Shown here one piece after another: positions 30,854 through 42,656 of a DNA stretch of 64,000 nucleotides. Positions within the stretch are counted from its first letter, which is position 1; every line of letters starts with the position of its first letter. A model generated the notes under the pieces. That model did not search any database. It saw only the letters and a list, made by a program, of their open reading frames with translations, and was not told the DNA's origin. The position numbers were made by a program, and so were the translations under genes. This DNA comes from Betaproteobacteria bacterium (GTDB taxonomy: Bacteria; Pseudomonadota; Gammaproteobacteria; Burkholderiales; JACQAP01): contig JACQAP010000013.1 in assembly GCA_016194905.1 (NCBI GenBank), positions 2,671-66,670 on the forward strand, given 5' to 3'.

Positions 30854-31573
30854 TCAGGTCTTTTTTCCGTCCCACTTCAATCCCGGGCTGCGCACGGCGA
30901 ACCCGTTCGTGTAGCGGAGGTCGATGTAAGTCGACGGCCTGGGCAAGCGCGCGACAGTACGTTCATATGCAGCGACGAACCCGGCAAGTCTGGACTCGAG
31001 ATTGTCGCGCCCGAGTTCAAGCACCGTGCCGTCGTCGAGTTTCAACACCCAGGCCCGTCGAGCCGACATCGTTATCTGCACAATGCGCCTGCCGATGGGC
31101 TCAAGCACGCGCTCGAACTCTTGAAAATGCGAGACGACTTCCGGCGCAGCGCCCTCCGGGCCCTGCAGCACCGGCAACGTGGTGTTGGTCGCGGCTTCGA
31201 ACACCTCGCCTTGCGCGCTGACCAGCGCGGTAGAACCCCACCGCGCAAGAGGCCTGTGCTCCTCGACCGCGACTTCCAGACGGTCCGGCCATTGCCGTCG
31301 CACATTGACTTTACGGACCCACGGCAGCTTTTCGAAAGCTGCGCGCGCCTGCGCGAGGTCCATGGTGAAGAAATTTCCGCGGAGTTCTCTGGTCACGACG
31401 GCTTCGACTTGTTCGTGCGTCACATGCACCACGTCGCCTGTGAGCTGGATGTCGCGCAGCGGAAAAACCGGCAGGTGAACCACGTAGTGCGCGGTGCCAT
31501 ACAGCAAGAGCACCCCGGCAATCGCATACAGCAGATTCGCGGTCATCCTCATCGCCGCCGCGTCATCCCACAT
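30854..31573 (-). CDS. ftsQ: Cell division protein FtsQ
   Basis: It has a single N-terminal TM segment, then POTRA/FtsQ domains ([46 protein letters not shown]). The start at ATG 31573 is inferred. Confidence 0.85.
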   Translation of the reverse strand: MWDDAAAMRMTANLLYAIAGVLLLYGTAHYVVHLPVFPLRDIQLTGDVVHVTHEQVEAVVTRELRGNFFTMDLAQARAAFEKLPWVRKVNVRRQWPDRLEVAVEEHRPLARWGSTALVSAQGEVFEAATNTTLPVLQGPEGAAPEVVSHFQEFERVLEPIGRRIVQITMSARRAWVLKLDDGTVLELGRDNLESRLAGFVAAYERTVARLPRPSTYIDLRYTNGFAVRSPGLKWDGKKT

Positions 31574-32480
31574 GAGCACCCTCCAGAATTCGCACGACCA
31601 AATCGGGAAAGGCAAGCCCAGCCTGCCGTGCGGCCATCGGCACCAGGCTGTGGCCGGTCATTCCCGGTGACGTGTTCATCTCCAGAAACGAGAAAGTGTG
31701 GTCGGCTCGCATGATCAGGTCGGCTCGGCCCCAACCTTCGCACCCCAGGACCTGAAACGCGCGCAGTGCGACCGCGCGGATGCTGCGCTCCGCTTCGCTA
31801 TCAATTCCGGCGGGGCAGTGGTATTTCGTCTCGTCGGTGAAATACTTGTTCTGGTAGTCGTAGTTCCCCTGCGGCGCCACGATGCGGATCAGCGGCAACG
31901 CGACATCGCCCAGAATCGACGCCGTGAGCTCCTGTCCGTCGATGAATTCTTCCGCGAGCACCAGTCGGTCGTAGCGCGCGGCCAGCTCGTAGGCCGCGGG
32001 CAACTTATTTGCCGTGCGAACCTTGGTTAGCCCGATCGTCGAACCTTCGTGTGCGGGCTTTACGATCAGGGGCAGCCCCAGCGTTCGCACGATCGCATTC
32101 CAGTCCGACGCCGCATCCACCAGCACATCTTTCGGAACCGGGATGCCGGCCGCCTGCCACATCAGCTTGGTGCGCCATTTGTCCATCGCTAGAGCGCTCG
32201 CCATGACTCCGCTTCCGGTGTAGGGGATCCCGAGCAGTTCGAGCGCGCCTTGCACGGTACCGTCTTCTCCGTAACGACCGTGCAGCGCGATGAACACGCG
32301 GTAGAAGTTCTCACGCTTGAGATCCGATATGTCACGCTCTTTCGGGTCAAAGGCATGCGCATCCACGCCGCGCTCGTGCAACGCGCCGAGCACTGCGTTG
32401 CCTGACAGCAGCGATATCTCTCTCTCGGCGGAGCGGCCACCCATGAGTACCGCCACTTTCCCGAACCGGTTACCGCTCAT
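31563..32480 (-). CDS. ddl: D-alanine--D-alanine ligase
   Basis: The ORF starts [22 protein letters not shown] and has ATP-grasp motifs. I prefer ATG 32480 to GTG 32501. Confidence 0.93.
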   Translation of the reverse strand: MSGNRFGKVAVLMGGRSAEREISLLSGNAVLGALHERGVDAHAFDPKERDISDLKRENFYRVFIALHGRYGEDGTVQGALELLGIPYTGSGVMASALAMDKWRTKLMWQAAGIPVPKDVLVDAASDWNAIVRTLGLPLIVKPAHEGSTIGLTKVRTANKLPAAYELAARYDRLVLAEEFIDGQELTASILGDVALPLIRIVAPQGNYDYQNKYFTDETKYHCPAGIDSEAERSIRAVALRAFQVLGCEGWGRADLIMRADHTFSFLEMNTSPGMTGHSLVPMAARQAGLAFPDLVVRILEGAHVG

Positions 32481-32490
32481 ACTTTCGCCT

Positions 32491-33414
32491 TCATGCTTCA
32501 CCCACGATCCGCACTTCGCGCTCCAGCATCACATCCGCTTCGCGCTTTACCGTTTCCTGCACGAGCACAATCAGCTCTTCGATGTCATGCGCCTTCGCCC
32601 CACCTTTGTTGACGATGAAATTGGCGTGCACGGTCGAAACCTCCGCGCCGCCTATGCGCTTGCCTTTCAGACCGCTTGCCTCAATCAGGCGCGCCGCGTA
32701 GTCGCCAGGCGGATTGCGGAATACCGAGCCCGCGTTGGACTCGGCAAGCGGCTGCGTGGCGATTCGCCTCGACAACAAATCCTTTATTTTCTGGCGTGCC
32801 TTTCCGCCGTTGCCTCGTGCAAAACGGAACCAGACGGCAACGAAGAATTCGTCGTGGGCCTGTACCGGAAGGACACTGCGATAGCCGACCGTGTACTCGT
32901 GAGGCTCGCGAATCTGCAGCCGGCCGGCGCGGTCTATGGTGCGCACTCGCGCAACCGCATTCCAGGTTTCGGATCCATAGCAGCCGGCATTCATTGCCAG
33001 TGCACCCCCCACGGTGCCGGGAATGCCGGCGAGAAACTCCGCGCCCTCGAGGTTATGAACTGACGCAAAGCGTGCGATTTTCGGACTGGCGACGCCCGCC
33101 TCCGCATAAATCTCGGCGTAGCCGGGACTTTCTTCCAGAAAGAAGCGCGCAAGGACGCGATGCGTAAACACGACTGTTCCGCGAAGACCTCCATCCCGGA
33201 CCAGCAAATTGCTACCAAGCCCGACGAAGAGAACCGGTTCGTGTTCTGGGAGACGGCTGAGAAATACCCCAAGATCATCAAGATCTGCGGGCGCGTAAGT
33301 GCGATCGGCGACCCCGCCGGCTCGCCAGCTCACATGCCTGCGCATCGGCTCGTTGCGCCTGAATTCGCCACGCAATCCGCTGGTCTCGATCTGTCCGCGT
33401 TCTGCCATATCCAT
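32491..33414 (-). CDS. murB: UDP-N-acetylenolpyruvoylglucosamine reductase MurB
   Basis: The 307-aa ORF has an FAD-binding region ([33 protein letters not shown]) and AGSVFRNP. Confidence 0.93.
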   Translation of the reverse strand: MDMAERGQIETSGLRGEFRRNEPMRRHVSWRAGGVADRTYAPADLDDLGVFLSRLPEHEPVLFVGLGSNLLVRDGGLRGTVVFTHRVLARFFLEESPGYAEIYAEAGVASPKIARFASVHNLEGAEFLAGIPGTVGGALAMNAGCYGSETWNAVARVRTIDRAGRLQIREPHEYTVGYRSVLPVQAHDEFFVAVWFRFARGNGGKARQKIKDLLSRRIATQPLAESNAGSVFRNPPGDYAARLIEASGLKGKRIGGAEVSTVHANFIVNKGGAKAHDIEELIVLVQETVKREADVMLEREVRIVGEA

Positions 33415-33424
33415 GCTTCTTGGC

Positions 33425-34822
33425 TCAGTTCCCTTTTGCTATTTTTCCGGGCACCGTCCCGATGGACCCGGCGCCCATGGTGATGACCACGTCGCCGCTC
33501 GTCGCCTTTGCGAGAATCGCAGCCGGCAAATCTCCAATTTGCTCCACGAACACCGGCTCGATCTTGCCGGCCACACGCACTGCGCGCGCAAGCGCGCGGC
33601 CATCTGCGGCCACGATCGGAGCTTCGCCGGCCGGATAGACTTCCGTAAGCAGCAGTGCGTCGACGGAGGAGAGAACCTTTACGAAGTCCTCGAAACAATC
33701 CCGGGTTCGCGTGTACCGATGCGGTTGAAAAACCAGGACCAGCCGACGGTTCGGGAAAGCCCCGCGCGCTGCGGCGATCGTCGCGGCCATCTCCGCCGGG
33801 TGATGCCCGTAGTCGTCGATCAGGGTAAAATTTCCGTGCGCCAACGTCACGTCTCCGTAGCGCTGAAATCGTCGTCCGACACCGCGGAATTCCGCCAGCG
33901 CTTTGACGATGGCCTCGTCGGGAGCGCCGATTTCCATCCCCACGGCAATCGCGGCAAGCGCGTTCTGCACGTTGTGCAAACCGGGAAGGTTCAGCGTGAT
34001 GTTCAAATCAGCGGCGGCCCTCGAGTGCCCGTTTCTGCGCACTACCCGAAAACGCATCCGTGCGGCGTCGGCTTCGACGTCCATCGCGCGAATCTGCGCG
34101 CCTTCAGCCAAACCATAAGTCGTTACCTGCTTGGTGATGATCGGTAACAGGCTTCTCACGTTGGCGTCGTCCATACACAGAACCGCCATTCCGTAAAAAG
34201 GCAGGCGTTCAATGAATTCGAGAAAGGCTTGGCGCAAGCGGCCAAAGTCGTGCCCGTAGGTCTCCATATGGTCGGCGTCGATATTGGTGACGACCGCGAG
34301 CACCGGCTGAAGGTATAGAAACGATGCGTCGGATTCATCGGCCTCCACGACGATGAATTCCCCGGTACCGAGTTTTGCATGGGAGCCGGCGGCCTCAAGC
34401 CGACCACCGATGACGAACGTCGGATCCATCCCCGCCTCGGCGAGCACGCTGGCGACCAAGCTGGTCGTCGTGGTCTTGCCGTGGGTTCCTGCAATCGCAA
34501 TGCCCTGCTTCAGTCGCATCAATTCCGCGAGCATCATCGCTCTCGGCACGACTGGAATGCGCTTGGCGCGGGCGGCGGCGACTTCCGGATTGTCCGGCCT
34601 GACCGCGGTAGACGTGACCACGGCATTGGCCCCGCTGACATTCGTTTCGTCGTGACCGATGTGCACTTTGGCTCCCTGACTCTTCAGTCGCAAGGTGGCA
34701 GCACTTTCCGAGATATCGGAGCCGCTGACCTCGAAACCCAGATTGAGCATGACTTCCGCGATTCCGCTCATCCCGGCGCCGCCGATACCGATGAAGTGGA
34801 CATGTTTGACCTTGTGCTTCAT
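33425..34822 (-). CDS. murC: UDP-N-acetylmuramate--L-alanine ligase MurC
   Basis: The ORF starts [20 protein letters not shown] and contains [10 protein letters not shown]. Its ATG overlaps the murG stop (ATGA). Confidence 0.95.
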   Translation of the reverse strand: MKHKVKHVHFIGIGGAGMSGIAEVMLNLGFEVSGSDISESAATLRLKSQGAKVHIGHDETNVSGANAVVTSTAVRPDNPEVAAARAKRIPVVPRAMMLAELMRLKQGIAIAGTHGKTTTTSLVASVLAEAGMDPTFVIGGRLEAAGSHAKLGTGEFIVVEADESDASFLYLQPVLAVVTNIDADHMETYGHDFGRLRQAFLEFIERLPFYGMAVLCMDDANVRSLLPIITKQVTTYGLAEGAQIRAMDVEADAARMRFRVVRRNGHSRAAADLNITLNLPGLHNVQNALAAIAVGMEIGAPDEAIVKALAEFRGVGRRFQRYGDVTLAHGNFTLIDDYGHHPAEMAATIAAARGAFPNRRLVLVFQPHRYTRTRDCFEDFVKVLSSVDALLLTEVYPAGEAPIVAADGRALARAVRVAGKIEPVFVEQIGDLPAAILAKATSGDVVITMGAGSIGTVPGKIAKGN

Positions 34823-35880
34823 GCCGCGAGCGCCATGCAACGCTCAGCAACGATTCGCGCGGCGTCCGGTTTGCCCAATGCGCGCGCGCGGTTGGCCATG
34901 TCCAGCAGCTTGTCCCTGGTGAAGCCAAGCAGCAGATCGGCGAGTTTGCGAGGGGTAAGTTCTGCCTGTGGGAGCAATACCGCTGCCGATTGATCGGCGA
35001 GATAGCGGGCATTGAAGGTCTGGTGATCATCGACCGCCGCCGGGAAGGGGACGAGCACGCTGGCGATGCCCGCCGCGGCAAGTTCGGAGACTGTCAACGC
35101 ACCTGCCCGGCAGATCACCACATCCGCCATTGCGTAGGCGCTCGCCATATCGCGGATGAACGCCAGCGTCGTCGCGCTCACGCCCGCCTCCCGATATCCG
35201 CTCTCGAGCATGGCGAGGTGCTTCTCGCCTGCTTGATGCGTGACCTCGGGGCGTTGCGATTCAGGAATCAGTGCCAGGGCGCGCGGCACCGTCTCGTTAA
35301 GCGCCTGTGCACCGAGACTGCCGCCGACAACCAATACCTTCAGATTTCCGGCCCGATTGCGAAAGCGCTGCTCGGGAGCCGGCAATTGCGCGATATCACG
35401 ACGCACCGGATTGCCGGTCCATTCGGAATTCTTCAACGCGTTGGGAAACGCAACCAGGATGCGGTCCGCGACGCGCGCCAGCACTTTGTTGGCCAGTCCC
35501 GCGATCGAGTTCTGCTCGTGCAGCACCAGCGGACGCGCCAGCAGGGTGGCCATTATTCCGCCGGGAAACGAAATATAGCCACCCATGCCAAGTACCACGT
35601 CAGGCCGCACGCGAAAAATGGCGCGGGCGCTTTGCCAGAACGCTATCAGCAGATTCAGCGGCAACAACACTACGCGCAGAAGACCCTTGCCGCGCAGGCT
35701 GGAGAAACGGACCCACTCGATTTCGAAACCGTAATGCGGCACCAAGATGCTTTCCATGCCCGCCTTCGAACCCAGCCATACGATTTTCCAGCCCTTGTCG
35801 CGCAACTGATCCGCAACCGCAAGCGCCGGAAAGATGTGACCGCCAGTTCCACCGGCCATAACCAGTATGGTCCGGCTCAC
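34819..35880 (-). CDS. murG: Undecaprenyldiphospho-muramoylpentapeptide beta-N-acetylglucosaminyltransferase MurG
   Basis: The 353-aa ORF starts [19 protein letters not shown] and contains [17 protein letters not shown]. Confidence 0.95.
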   Translation of the reverse strand: MSRTILVMAGGTGGHIFPALAVADQLRDKGWKIVWLGSKAGMESILVPHYGFEIEWVRFSSLRGKGLLRVVLLPLNLLIAFWQSARAIFRVRPDVVLGMGGYISFPGGIMATLLARPLVLHEQNSIAGLANKVLARVADRILVAFPNALKNSEWTGNPVRRDIAQLPAPEQRFRNRAGNLKVLVVGGSLGAQALNETVPRALALIPESQRPEVTHQAGEKHLAMLESGYREAGVSATTLAFIRDMASAYAMADVVICRAGALTVSELAAAGIASVLVPFPAAVDDHQTFNARYLADQSAAVLLPQAELTPRKLADLLLGFTRDKLLDMANRARALGKPDAARIVAERCMALAA

Positions 35881-37049
35881 AACGAATACCCCTTCATCAT
35901 CTGCCTGTTCTCGTAATCCACGCGAAGCAGGATTGCGAGTGCGCAGCAGTTGGCGACGATTCCACTACCGCCGAAAGAAAGCAGCGGCAAAGTCAACCCC
36001 TTGGTCGGGAGTACCCCCATGTTCACGCCCATGTTGATGAATGCCTGGGCGCCGAGCCACAACGCGATTCCCTGGGCCACCAGTGCAGAGAAGCAGCGCT
36101 CCATGCGCGCAGCCTGGTTACCGATGGCGAATGCCCGCCAGATTAGCCACCCGAACAGGGCGATCACGGACAGCACACCGAAAAATCCGAGTTCTTCGGC
36201 AACAACGGCGAGCAAAAAATCGGTGTGCGCCTCGGGCAGATAGAAGAGTTTCTCGACGCTCGCACCCAAACCGACACCGAACCACTCACCGCGTCCGAAG
36301 GCGATCAGCGCATGCGACAGTTGGTAGCCCTTGCCGAACGGATCCGACCAGGGATCCATGAATCCGATGACGCGCTGCAGGCGATAGGGCGACGTCCAAA
36401 TCAGCATAACGAATCCGAAGAGCAGCAGGACGATGAGCGTCGCAAACAGCTTCCAGTTCATTCCACCGAGGAACAGAATGGCCATGGCAACGGTGGTAAT
36501 CACTGCAAAGGCGCCAAAATCCGGCTCTCGCAGCAGTAGTCCGCCGGTCAGCAGCATCACGATCAGCATCGGCAGGAAGCCTTTGCGAAAGCTGTGCATC
36601 AATGCCGCCTTGCGAACGGTGTAGTCCGCGGCATAGAGCACCGCGAACAATTTCATCAGTTCGGAGGGCTGCAGATTGAACAGGCCAAGCGACAGCCAGC
36701 GCCGACTGCCGTTGACTTCCCGTCCGACGCCGGGGATCAGCACAAGCATCAAGAGCAATACGCCCAGGCAAAATAGATAGGGTGCGGCCTGCTCCCAGAA
36801 CCGCAGCGGTAACTGGAAGCAGATGAAACCGGACACCAGGCCGACGAACAGGAACACGCCATGCCGGATGAGGTAGTAGGTAGGTTGATTGCCGGTGATG
36901 CGTCCGCCTTCGGCTATGGCGATCGAAGAGGAGTAGACCATTATCAATCCGAGCGCCAGCAGAAGTCCCGCGATGCTGACGACCGCGTAGTCGAACTCCG
37001 CGATTGGTGCTGGCCTGGCCACTGCTCCGATGCCGAGAATGCCGTTCAC
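35877..37049 (-). CDS. ftsW: Peptidoglycan glycosyltransferase FtsW (SEDS family)
   Basis: It is a polytopic SEDS protein ([32 protein letters not shown]). I infer a GTG start at 37049 embedded in the murD stop (GTGA); the ORF-track start at 37133 would overlap murD by 88 nt. Confidence 0.9.
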   Translation of the reverse strand: MNGILGIGAVARPAPIAEFDYAVVSIAGLLLALGLIMVYSSSIAIAEGGRITGNQPTYYLIRHGVFLFVGLVSGFICFQLPLRFWEQAAPYLFCLGVLLLMLVLIPGVGREVNGSRRWLSLGLFNLQPSELMKLFAVLYAADYTVRKAALMHSFRKGFLPMLIVMLLTGGLLLREPDFGAFAVITTVAMAILFLGGMNWKLFATLIVLLLFGFVMLIWTSPYRLQRVIGFMDPWSDPFGKGYQLSHALIAFGRGEWFGVGLGASVEKLFYLPEAHTDFLLAVVAEELGFFGVLSVIALFGWLIWRAFAIGNQAARMERCFSALVAQGIALWLGAQAFINMGVNMGVLPTKGLTLPLLSFGGSGIVANCCALAILLRVDYENRQMMKGYSL

Positions 37050-38428
37050 TGATCGGCCTCCAGCGCCCGCACTTCTTCGATGAATACTTCGGCGCGATGT
37101 TCGTAGTTGCGGAACATGTCGAAGCTGGCGCATGCGGGCGACAACATGACGGCGTCGCCGGCTTGTGCCAGCGAGAGGCCGGCTCGTACCGCGTCGCGCA
37201 TGGTGGCGGCGTGTAAGATCGCGACGCCCGAGGCCTCAATGGCCGAGGCGATCTTGTCGCCGTCGCGCCCGATGAGGACCACGCCTTTCGCTTTCTTTGC
37301 CACCGCGTCGCGCAAGGGCGAGAAATCCTGGCCCTTGCCTTCTCCGCCGGCGATCAGAACAATCCTCGAAGTCATGCCCATGAGCGCGGCCACGGTAGCG
37401 CCGACATTGGTGCCTTTGGAATCGTCGTAGAAGGCTACGCCCTTGACCTCAGCGATTTTCTGCACGCGATGCGGCAAACCTTCGAATTCAAAGAGCGCGT
37501 CGAGCAGTGGTTCGTAGGGCAGCCGGAGCGCGCGGCACAAAGCCAGCGCCGCCAGCGCATTCGCCGCGTTATGCAGGCCCGCCACTTTCAGTTCGGAAAC
37601 CTTCATCAGGTTTGCGCGCCCCTCCGCAAGCCAGAGTTCGCCTGAGATATCGCGTAATCCCCAGTTGCCCTCGTTCCAGGACTCATCCAATCCAAAGGTC
37701 AATACCTTCCGTCCGGGGCCTATCATGCCGCGTGCCCAACCGTCTTCCCTGTTCACCACCTGGATGCCATCGCCGTGAAAAATGCGCGCCTTCGCGTCCG
37801 CGTAGTCGCGCATGCCCGAATAGCGATCGAGATGGTCTTCGCTCACGTTCAGAACGGCGGCCGTATCAGGATTCAGACTGCGGGTCGATTCCAGCTGGAA
37901 ACTGGACAACTCGAGCACGAAGACGTCCGGACGGCGTCTTCGCCCGGCTTCGATCTCCGACAGGGCTTCCAGTATCGGCAAGCCGATGTTTCCTGCCACG
38001 AGTGTCCTTATCTTTGCGGCACGAACCATCGCACCGACCATTTCCGTAACTGTGCTCTTGCCATTCGATCCGGTGATCGCAATGACCCTGTTGCCGGGAA
38101 ACTCTTCCCGGATCCTGGCGAACAATTCGATATCACCGACGACATCGATCCCTCGTTCCACTGCGGCGCGGACCAGCGGCTCGACCAGCGGCACGCCGGG
38201 ACTGATGGCGATGAGGTCGACACCCGCGAAACTTTCTGCGCGAAATGCGCCGGTATGCAACTCGACTGCCGGAAGTTCGTTTTGCAATTGCGCAGCAAAC
38301 GGCGGCGCGTCCCGACTGTCCGCAATGCGCACGGACGCGCCACGGGCCGCAAGCCAGCGCGCCATCGACAGTCCGCTTGCGCCAAGACCGAGCACGAGTG
38401 TGTGCCTATTCGTCAACTCGATTGGCAC
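37046..38428 (-). CDS. murD: UDP-N-acetylmuramoylalanine--D-glutamate ligase MurD
   Basis: The 460-aa ORF starts [15 protein letters not shown] and contains [10 protein letters not shown]. The start is GTG, preceded by AGGAG at a 4-nt spacing. Confidence 0.95.
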   Translation of the reverse strand: MPIELTNRHTLVLGLGASGLSMARWLAARGASVRIADSRDAPPFAAQLQNELPAVELHTGAFRAESFAGVDLIAISPGVPLVEPLVRAAVERGIDVVGDIELFARIREEFPGNRVIAITGSNGKSTVTEMVGAMVRAAKIRTLVAGNIGLPILEALSEIEAGRRRRPDVFVLELSSFQLESTRSLNPDTAAVLNVSEDHLDRYSGMRDYADAKARIFHGDGIQVVNREDGWARGMIGPGRKVLTFGLDESWNEGNWGLRDISGELWLAEGRANLMKVSELKVAGLHNAANALAALALCRALRLPYEPLLDALFEFEGLPHRVQKIAEVKGVAFYDDSKGTNVGATVAALMGMTSRIVLIAGGEGKGQDFSPLRDAVAKKAKGVVLIGRDGDKIASAIEASGVAILHAATMRDAVRAGLSLAQAGDAVMLSPACASFDMFRNYEHRAEVFIEEVRALEADQ

Positions 38429-38591
38429 GCGTCTCCTTCATGGCGGCCTCGATTCGCGAAAGCCGCACCGAACCGACATCCTCGTTCTCCTCATAACGCA
38501 TGTCCCCCAGAGCGAGTTGTTTGGGATCGGCTTGGGATGCGCGTACGCGCAGTGACTGCATGAACAATTCGAAGTGCAAACGGCTAGTCAT
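38406..38591 (-). CDS. Hypothetical 61-aa protein in the mraY-murD spacer
   Basis: An ATG at 38591 is preceded by GAGG with a 6-nt spacer. The ORF is hydrophilic, its stop TAG lies 23 nt inside murD, and it has no recognisable motif. It is the only sizeable ORF on the cluster strand in an otherwise unexplained 265-bp gap. Confidence 0.3.
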   Translation of the reverse strand: MTSRLHFELFMQSLRVRASQADPKQLALGDMRYEENEDVGSVRLSRIEAAMKETRANRVDE

Positions 38592-38693
38592 GGTTTACCT
38601 CGTTATGACGACCTGATTTCCTCGCCGACATGGCGCTCCGCGACGCGAAGCGGATCTGTGCAAAAATCAAGTCGTCGTTCGTCTTCATTCGGG

Positions 38694-39785
38694 CTAGCGC
38701 AGCTTGAGTGTCGACAGGCCAACCAGCACGAGCATCATAGTGATGATCCAGAAACGAACGACGACTTGATTCTCCTTCCATCCCTTCAGTTCATAGTGAT
38801 GATGCAGCGGCGCCATGCGAAATATGCGCTTGCCTGTCAATTTGAACGACGCAACCTGCAGCACCACCGATAGCGTTTCTACGACGAATACGCCACCCAT
38901 GATGAGCAGCACAATTTCCTGCCGAACAATCACGGCGATGGTGCCGAGCGCCCCGCCAAGCGCAAGCGCGCCAACGTCGCCCATAAATACTTCCGCCGGA
39001 TAGGCATTGAACCAAAGGAAGGCAAGGCCGGCGCCCGCCATTGACGCGCAAACCACAGTAAGTTCGCCGGCGCCCGGAATCAGGGGGAATCCCAGGTAGC
39101 GAGAATAGATGGCATTGCCCGCCACGTAAGCGAATACACCGAGCGCGCTGCCGACCATGACTGTCGGCAGGATTGCCAGCCCATCCAGCCCGTCGGTCAG
39201 ATTGACGGCGTTGCTGGTGCCGACGATGACGAAGTAGCTCATCACCACGAACCCCACGATTCCAAGCGGATACGTAACCTGCTTGAACAGCGGTACGATT
39301 AATTCCGTCTGCGCGGGCAGCGTCGCCGAGGTGGCGATATAAATGGCGGCCGCCAGGCCGATGACCGATTGCCAGAAGAACTTCTTGCGCGCCGATAAAC
39401 CCTTCGGATTTCGGTGGACGACCTTGCGGTAGTCGTCGATCCACCCGATGATGCCGAAACCGAGCGTCACCATCAGAACTACCCATACGTAGCGATTACG
39501 CAGATCGGCCCATAGCAAAGTCGTAATCGCGATCGAGATCAGGATCAGCGCACCGCCCATTGTCGGCGTACCTGCCTTCGTCAGATGGCTCTTCGGACCA
39601 TCGTCGCGCACCGATTGGCCGACTTTGTAGACCGTCAGTTTGCGAATCATGATCGGGCCTACGATGAATGAAATCAGCAACGCTGTCAGGGTCGCAAGTA
39701 CCGCCCTCAACGTGATGTAGTTAAAGACGTTGAACGCCCGAACGTGAACATCCTCTGCCAGCCATTGGGTGAGCGCCAGTAGCAT
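38694..39785 (-). CDS. mraY: Phospho-N-acetylmuramoyl-pentapeptide transferase MraY
   Basis: The 363-aa polytopic ORF has [22 protein letters not shown] and MAPLHHHYE. Confidence 0.96.
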   Translation of the reverse strand: MLLALTQWLAEDVHVRAFNVFNYITLRAVLATLTALLISFIVGPIMIRKLTVYKVGQSVRDDGPKSHLTKAGTPTMGGALILISIAITTLLWADLRNRYVWVVLMVTLGFGIIGWIDDYRKVVHRNPKGLSARKKFFWQSVIGLAAAIYIATSATLPAQTELIVPLFKQVTYPLGIVGFVVMSYFVIVGTSNAVNLTDGLDGLAILPTVMVGSALGVFAYVAGNAIYSRYLGFPLIPGAGELTVVCASMAGAGLAFLWFNAYPAEVFMGDVGALALGGALGTIAVIVRQEIVLLIMGGVFVVETLSVVLQVASFKLTGKRIFRMAPLHHHYELKGWKENQVVVRFWIITMMLVLVGLSTLKLR

Positions 39786-41167
39786 CAGGCACTGCCTTTC
39801 ACGGCCGATTCCCCGTTGACGGCGCCCAGTGCCTCGACTACTCGCTCCATGCGCATGAAACGCGAGCCTTTCACCAGCACCGTCGACCCATGCTCCAGAC
39901 CACCAGCTAACGCGCCGACCAGTTCATCGATACTGGAAAAATGTCGCCCGCCTTCGCCAAAACTTCGCGCCGCTGCGGCACTCATCTCACCCAGTGCAAA
40001 CATGGCGTTCACGCCCGCCCGCTTGGCGAATTCACCGATTGTTGCGTGCATCGCTTCAGCATTGTCGCCAAGCTCACCCATGTCACCCATGACGAAAATT
40101 GTGCGTCCCTGATACGCTGCCAGCACTGCAATCGCGGCTTGCATGGACTCAGGATTGGCGTTGTAGGTATCGTCGATCACCAGCGCGCCGGAAGCGTGGC
40201 GCTTGCGTTGCAGCCGCGATTTGAGTCCCGCATAGGAAGCGAGTCCGGCGGCGATCGCCGATTCAGGCACATCCAGGGCATAGGCACAGGCCACCGCCGC
40301 GAGCGCATTCTTGATGTTATGCAGTCCCGGTATGCCGAGCGTCGCGACAAACTGCTCTCGAGGCGTGCGGAACGTAACCAGGCTCGCGAATACAGTCAGT
40401 TCGTAACGAGCTGACACCGCCGCTTTCTTGTCGAGGCCAAAATCCACCATGCGTCGTCCACGCGCCAGACCGCGCCAGTAATCGGCGAAAGCGTCGTCGC
40501 TGTTGATGATCGCTGTGCCGTTTTTTTCGAGGCCTTCGAATATCTCCCCCTTGGCGCGCGCAATGGCATCGACAGAGCCGAGTTCGCCGATATGGGCAGT
40601 ACCGGCGTTATTGATCAACGCTATGGTGGGCCTCGCCAGACGCGACAGATACGCGATCTCTCCGAGGTGGTTCATGCCCATCTCGACAACCGCGTATCGA
40701 TGCCGGGCATTGAGTCGCAGCAGTGTCAAGGGCATGCCGATGTCGTTGTTCAAATTGCCGGCCGTTGCCAGAACACCTGACTCGCCTGCGATCTGACGCA
40801 GGATCGAAGCAAGCATTTCCTTCACCGTGGTCTTGCCATTGCTGCCGGTAACGGCGATCAATGGGGAGATAAACCGGCCTCGCCAGAAAGCCGCCAGCCT
40901 GCCAAGAGCAAGCCTTGAATCGTCCACTTCGATTACACGCGCATTCGGGGTAAGAATCTGCGCGCCCGCTTCCACCATCACAGCGGCCGCGCCGGCCGAA
41001 AAGGCCTGATCGGCAAACGCCTGTCCGTCGAAGCGCTCGCCGCGTATCCCGACGAACAGGTCGCCGGGGCGCAAATCGCGGCTATCGGTCGTCACCCGAT
41101 CAAACACGGCATTGGCTCCGATCTGTCTGGCGCCAATTGCGTGCGCGGCGGTGGCGATATCAAGCAT
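39785..41167 (-). CDS. murF: UDP-N-acetylmuramoyl-tripeptide--D-alanyl-D-alanine ligase MurF
   Basis: The 460-aa ORF has [13 protein letters not shown] and DDTYNANP. Confidence 0.94.
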   Translation of the reverse strand: MLDIATAAHAIGARQIGANAVFDRVTTDSRDLRPGDLFVGIRGERFDGQAFADQAFSAGAAAVMVEAGAQILTPNARVIEVDDSRLALGRLAAFWRGRFISPLIAVTGSNGKTTVKEMLASILRQIAGESGVLATAGNLNNDIGMPLTLLRLNARHRYAVVEMGMNHLGEIAYLSRLARPTIALINNAGTAHIGELGSVDAIARAKGEIFEGLEKNGTAIINSDDAFADYWRGLARGRRMVDFGLDKKAAVSARYELTVFASLVTFRTPREQFVATLGIPGLHNIKNALAAVACAYALDVPESAIAAGLASYAGLKSRLQRKRHASGALVIDDTYNANPESMQAAIAVLAAYQGRTIFVMGDMGELGDNAEAMHATIGEFAKRAGVNAMFALGEMSAAAARSFGEGGRHFSSIDELVGALAGGLEHGSTVLVKGSRFMRMERVVEALGAVNGESAVKGSA

Positions 41168-42656
41168 GACGCGGACTTCCGGTCAGACGGTTCAGCATCT
41201 CACGCGCGACCTCCACATCATCGAAGGGCAAACGTTGGCTGCCGACTTCCTGATAGGTCTCGTGGCCTTTGCCGGCGATCAGCACCACGTCGTCCGGCGC
41301 GGCCGACTGCAGCGCCTTGAATATTGCGCCGGAACGATCGACTTCGATCTCGTAATTGGGATGCGCCCCCGCGACGATGTCTTCGATGATGGCGCGCGGA
41401 TTTTCGGAGCGCGGATTGTCGCTGGTGATGATCACGCGATCCGACAGGCGCGTTGCGACTTCCCCCATCAATGGCCGCTTGCCGGGATCGCGATCGCCGC
41501 CGCAACCGAATACGCAATGCAGTTTCGCGCCGGAAGGCAGCAGGTCCCGCAACGTCTGCAGCACTTTTTCCAGGGCATCGGGCGTATGCGCGTAATCGAC
41601 GACAACCAGTGGCGCGTTCGGCAGCCTTACCATCTGCAGGCGACCGGGAACGGGCTCGACGTGCGCGAGCGCGTCGACAGCATCCCGGAGCGAAACCTCG
41701 GCTGTCATCAGCACGCCAAGGGCGCCGAGCAGATTTGTCGCGTTGAATCCGCCAATAAGCTGACTGATCAGGCGCGCAGACCCCCAGGGAGTGGTGATCT
41801 CGAGTTTCAGGCCGCGCGTCGAAAGATCCAGGCGGTGACCGGCGATTTCTCCTTTGCCAAAGCCGTAGCCGAGCACATTGATGCGAGACTTGTCGATCGA
41901 TTCCGCGAGTTCACGACCGAACCGGTCGTCGACATTTACGACCGCGTGCTTCAGTTGCGGCCAACGGAAGAGCTTGGCCTTGGCGGCACCATAGTCTTCC
42001 ATGGTCTTGTGATAGTCGAGATGATCGCGCGACAGGTTGGTGAAAAGCGCCACATCGAACTCGACGCCGTTGATGCGACCCTGATCGATGCCATGCGAAG
42101 AAACCTCCATTGCGCAACCCGTGCCCCCGCTGGCGCGCAATGCGGCTAACTGCGATTGCAAGGTGATCGCATCCGGCGTGGTATTGCCCGCAACGTCCAA
42201 CTCTCCGGGGAATCCGCTTCCCAATGTGCCGATCACGGCGGTCTTGCGCCCCAGCCGCGTCAGCGATTGCGCAATCCAGTGCGAGCATGATGTCTTGCCA
42301 TTTGTGCCGGTGACGCCGGCAAGCCACATGTGACGGGAGGGGTTGCCGAAAAAACGGCCGGCGATCTCTCCGAGATGCGAGCGCAGATCCGGAACGCCCA
42401 GATTGGGCACGCGCCAGGCCGCATCCCAATGAAAGCCTCGACTATCCCACAGCACGGCGCTGGCCCCCGCGGCGATCGCCTGCGGGATGTGGGCTCGCCC
42501 GTCTGCCCGCTGGCCCGGATAGGCGAGAAAGAGATCGCCGGGTTTTGTCTTGCGGCTGTCGATTGCGAGACCATCGATGCGCACTCCGAGCGCATCGATC
42601 GCGCCGATGTCGAACTCGGTACCACTTTCACGCGCAGAACTCGCCCCCGCGGTCAT
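41160..42656 (-). CDS. murE: UDP-N-acetylmuramoyl-L-alanyl-D-glutamate--2,6-diaminopimelate ligase MurE
   Basis: The 498-aa ORF has VTGTNGKTS, DYAHTPDAL and the DNPR motif (TSDNPRSENP). Confidence 0.95.
   Translation of the reverse strand: MTAGASSARESGTEFDIGAIDALGVRIDGLAIDSRKTKPGDLFLAYPGQRADGRAHIPQAIAAGASAVLWDSRGFHWDAAWRVPNLGVPDLRSHLGEIAGRFFGNPSRHMWLAGVTGTNGKTSCSHWIAQSLTRLGRKTAVIGTLGSGFPGELDVAGNTTPDAITLQSQLAALRASGGTGCAMEVSSHGIDQGRINGVEFDVALFTNLSRDHLDYHKTMEDYGAAKAKLFRWPQLKHAVVNVDDRFGRELAESIDKSRINVLGYGFGKGEIAGHRLDLSTRGLKLEITTPWGSARLISQLIGGFNATNLLGALGVLMTAEVSLRDAVDALAHVEPVPGRLQMVRLPNAPLVVVDYAHTPDALEKVLQTLRDLLPSGAKLHCVFGCGGDRDPGKRPLMGEVATRLSDRVIITSDNPRSENPRAIIEDIVAGAHPNYEIEVDRSGAIFKALQSAAPDDVVLIAGKGHETYQEVGSQRLPFDDVEVAREMLNRLTGSPRHA

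Noticed and set aside
36286-37239. A 317-aa ORF (minus strand) overlapping ftsW and murD in another frame.
   Set aside because: It is Arg/Pro-rich with no motifs, and it is entirely embedded in two strongly supported genes.
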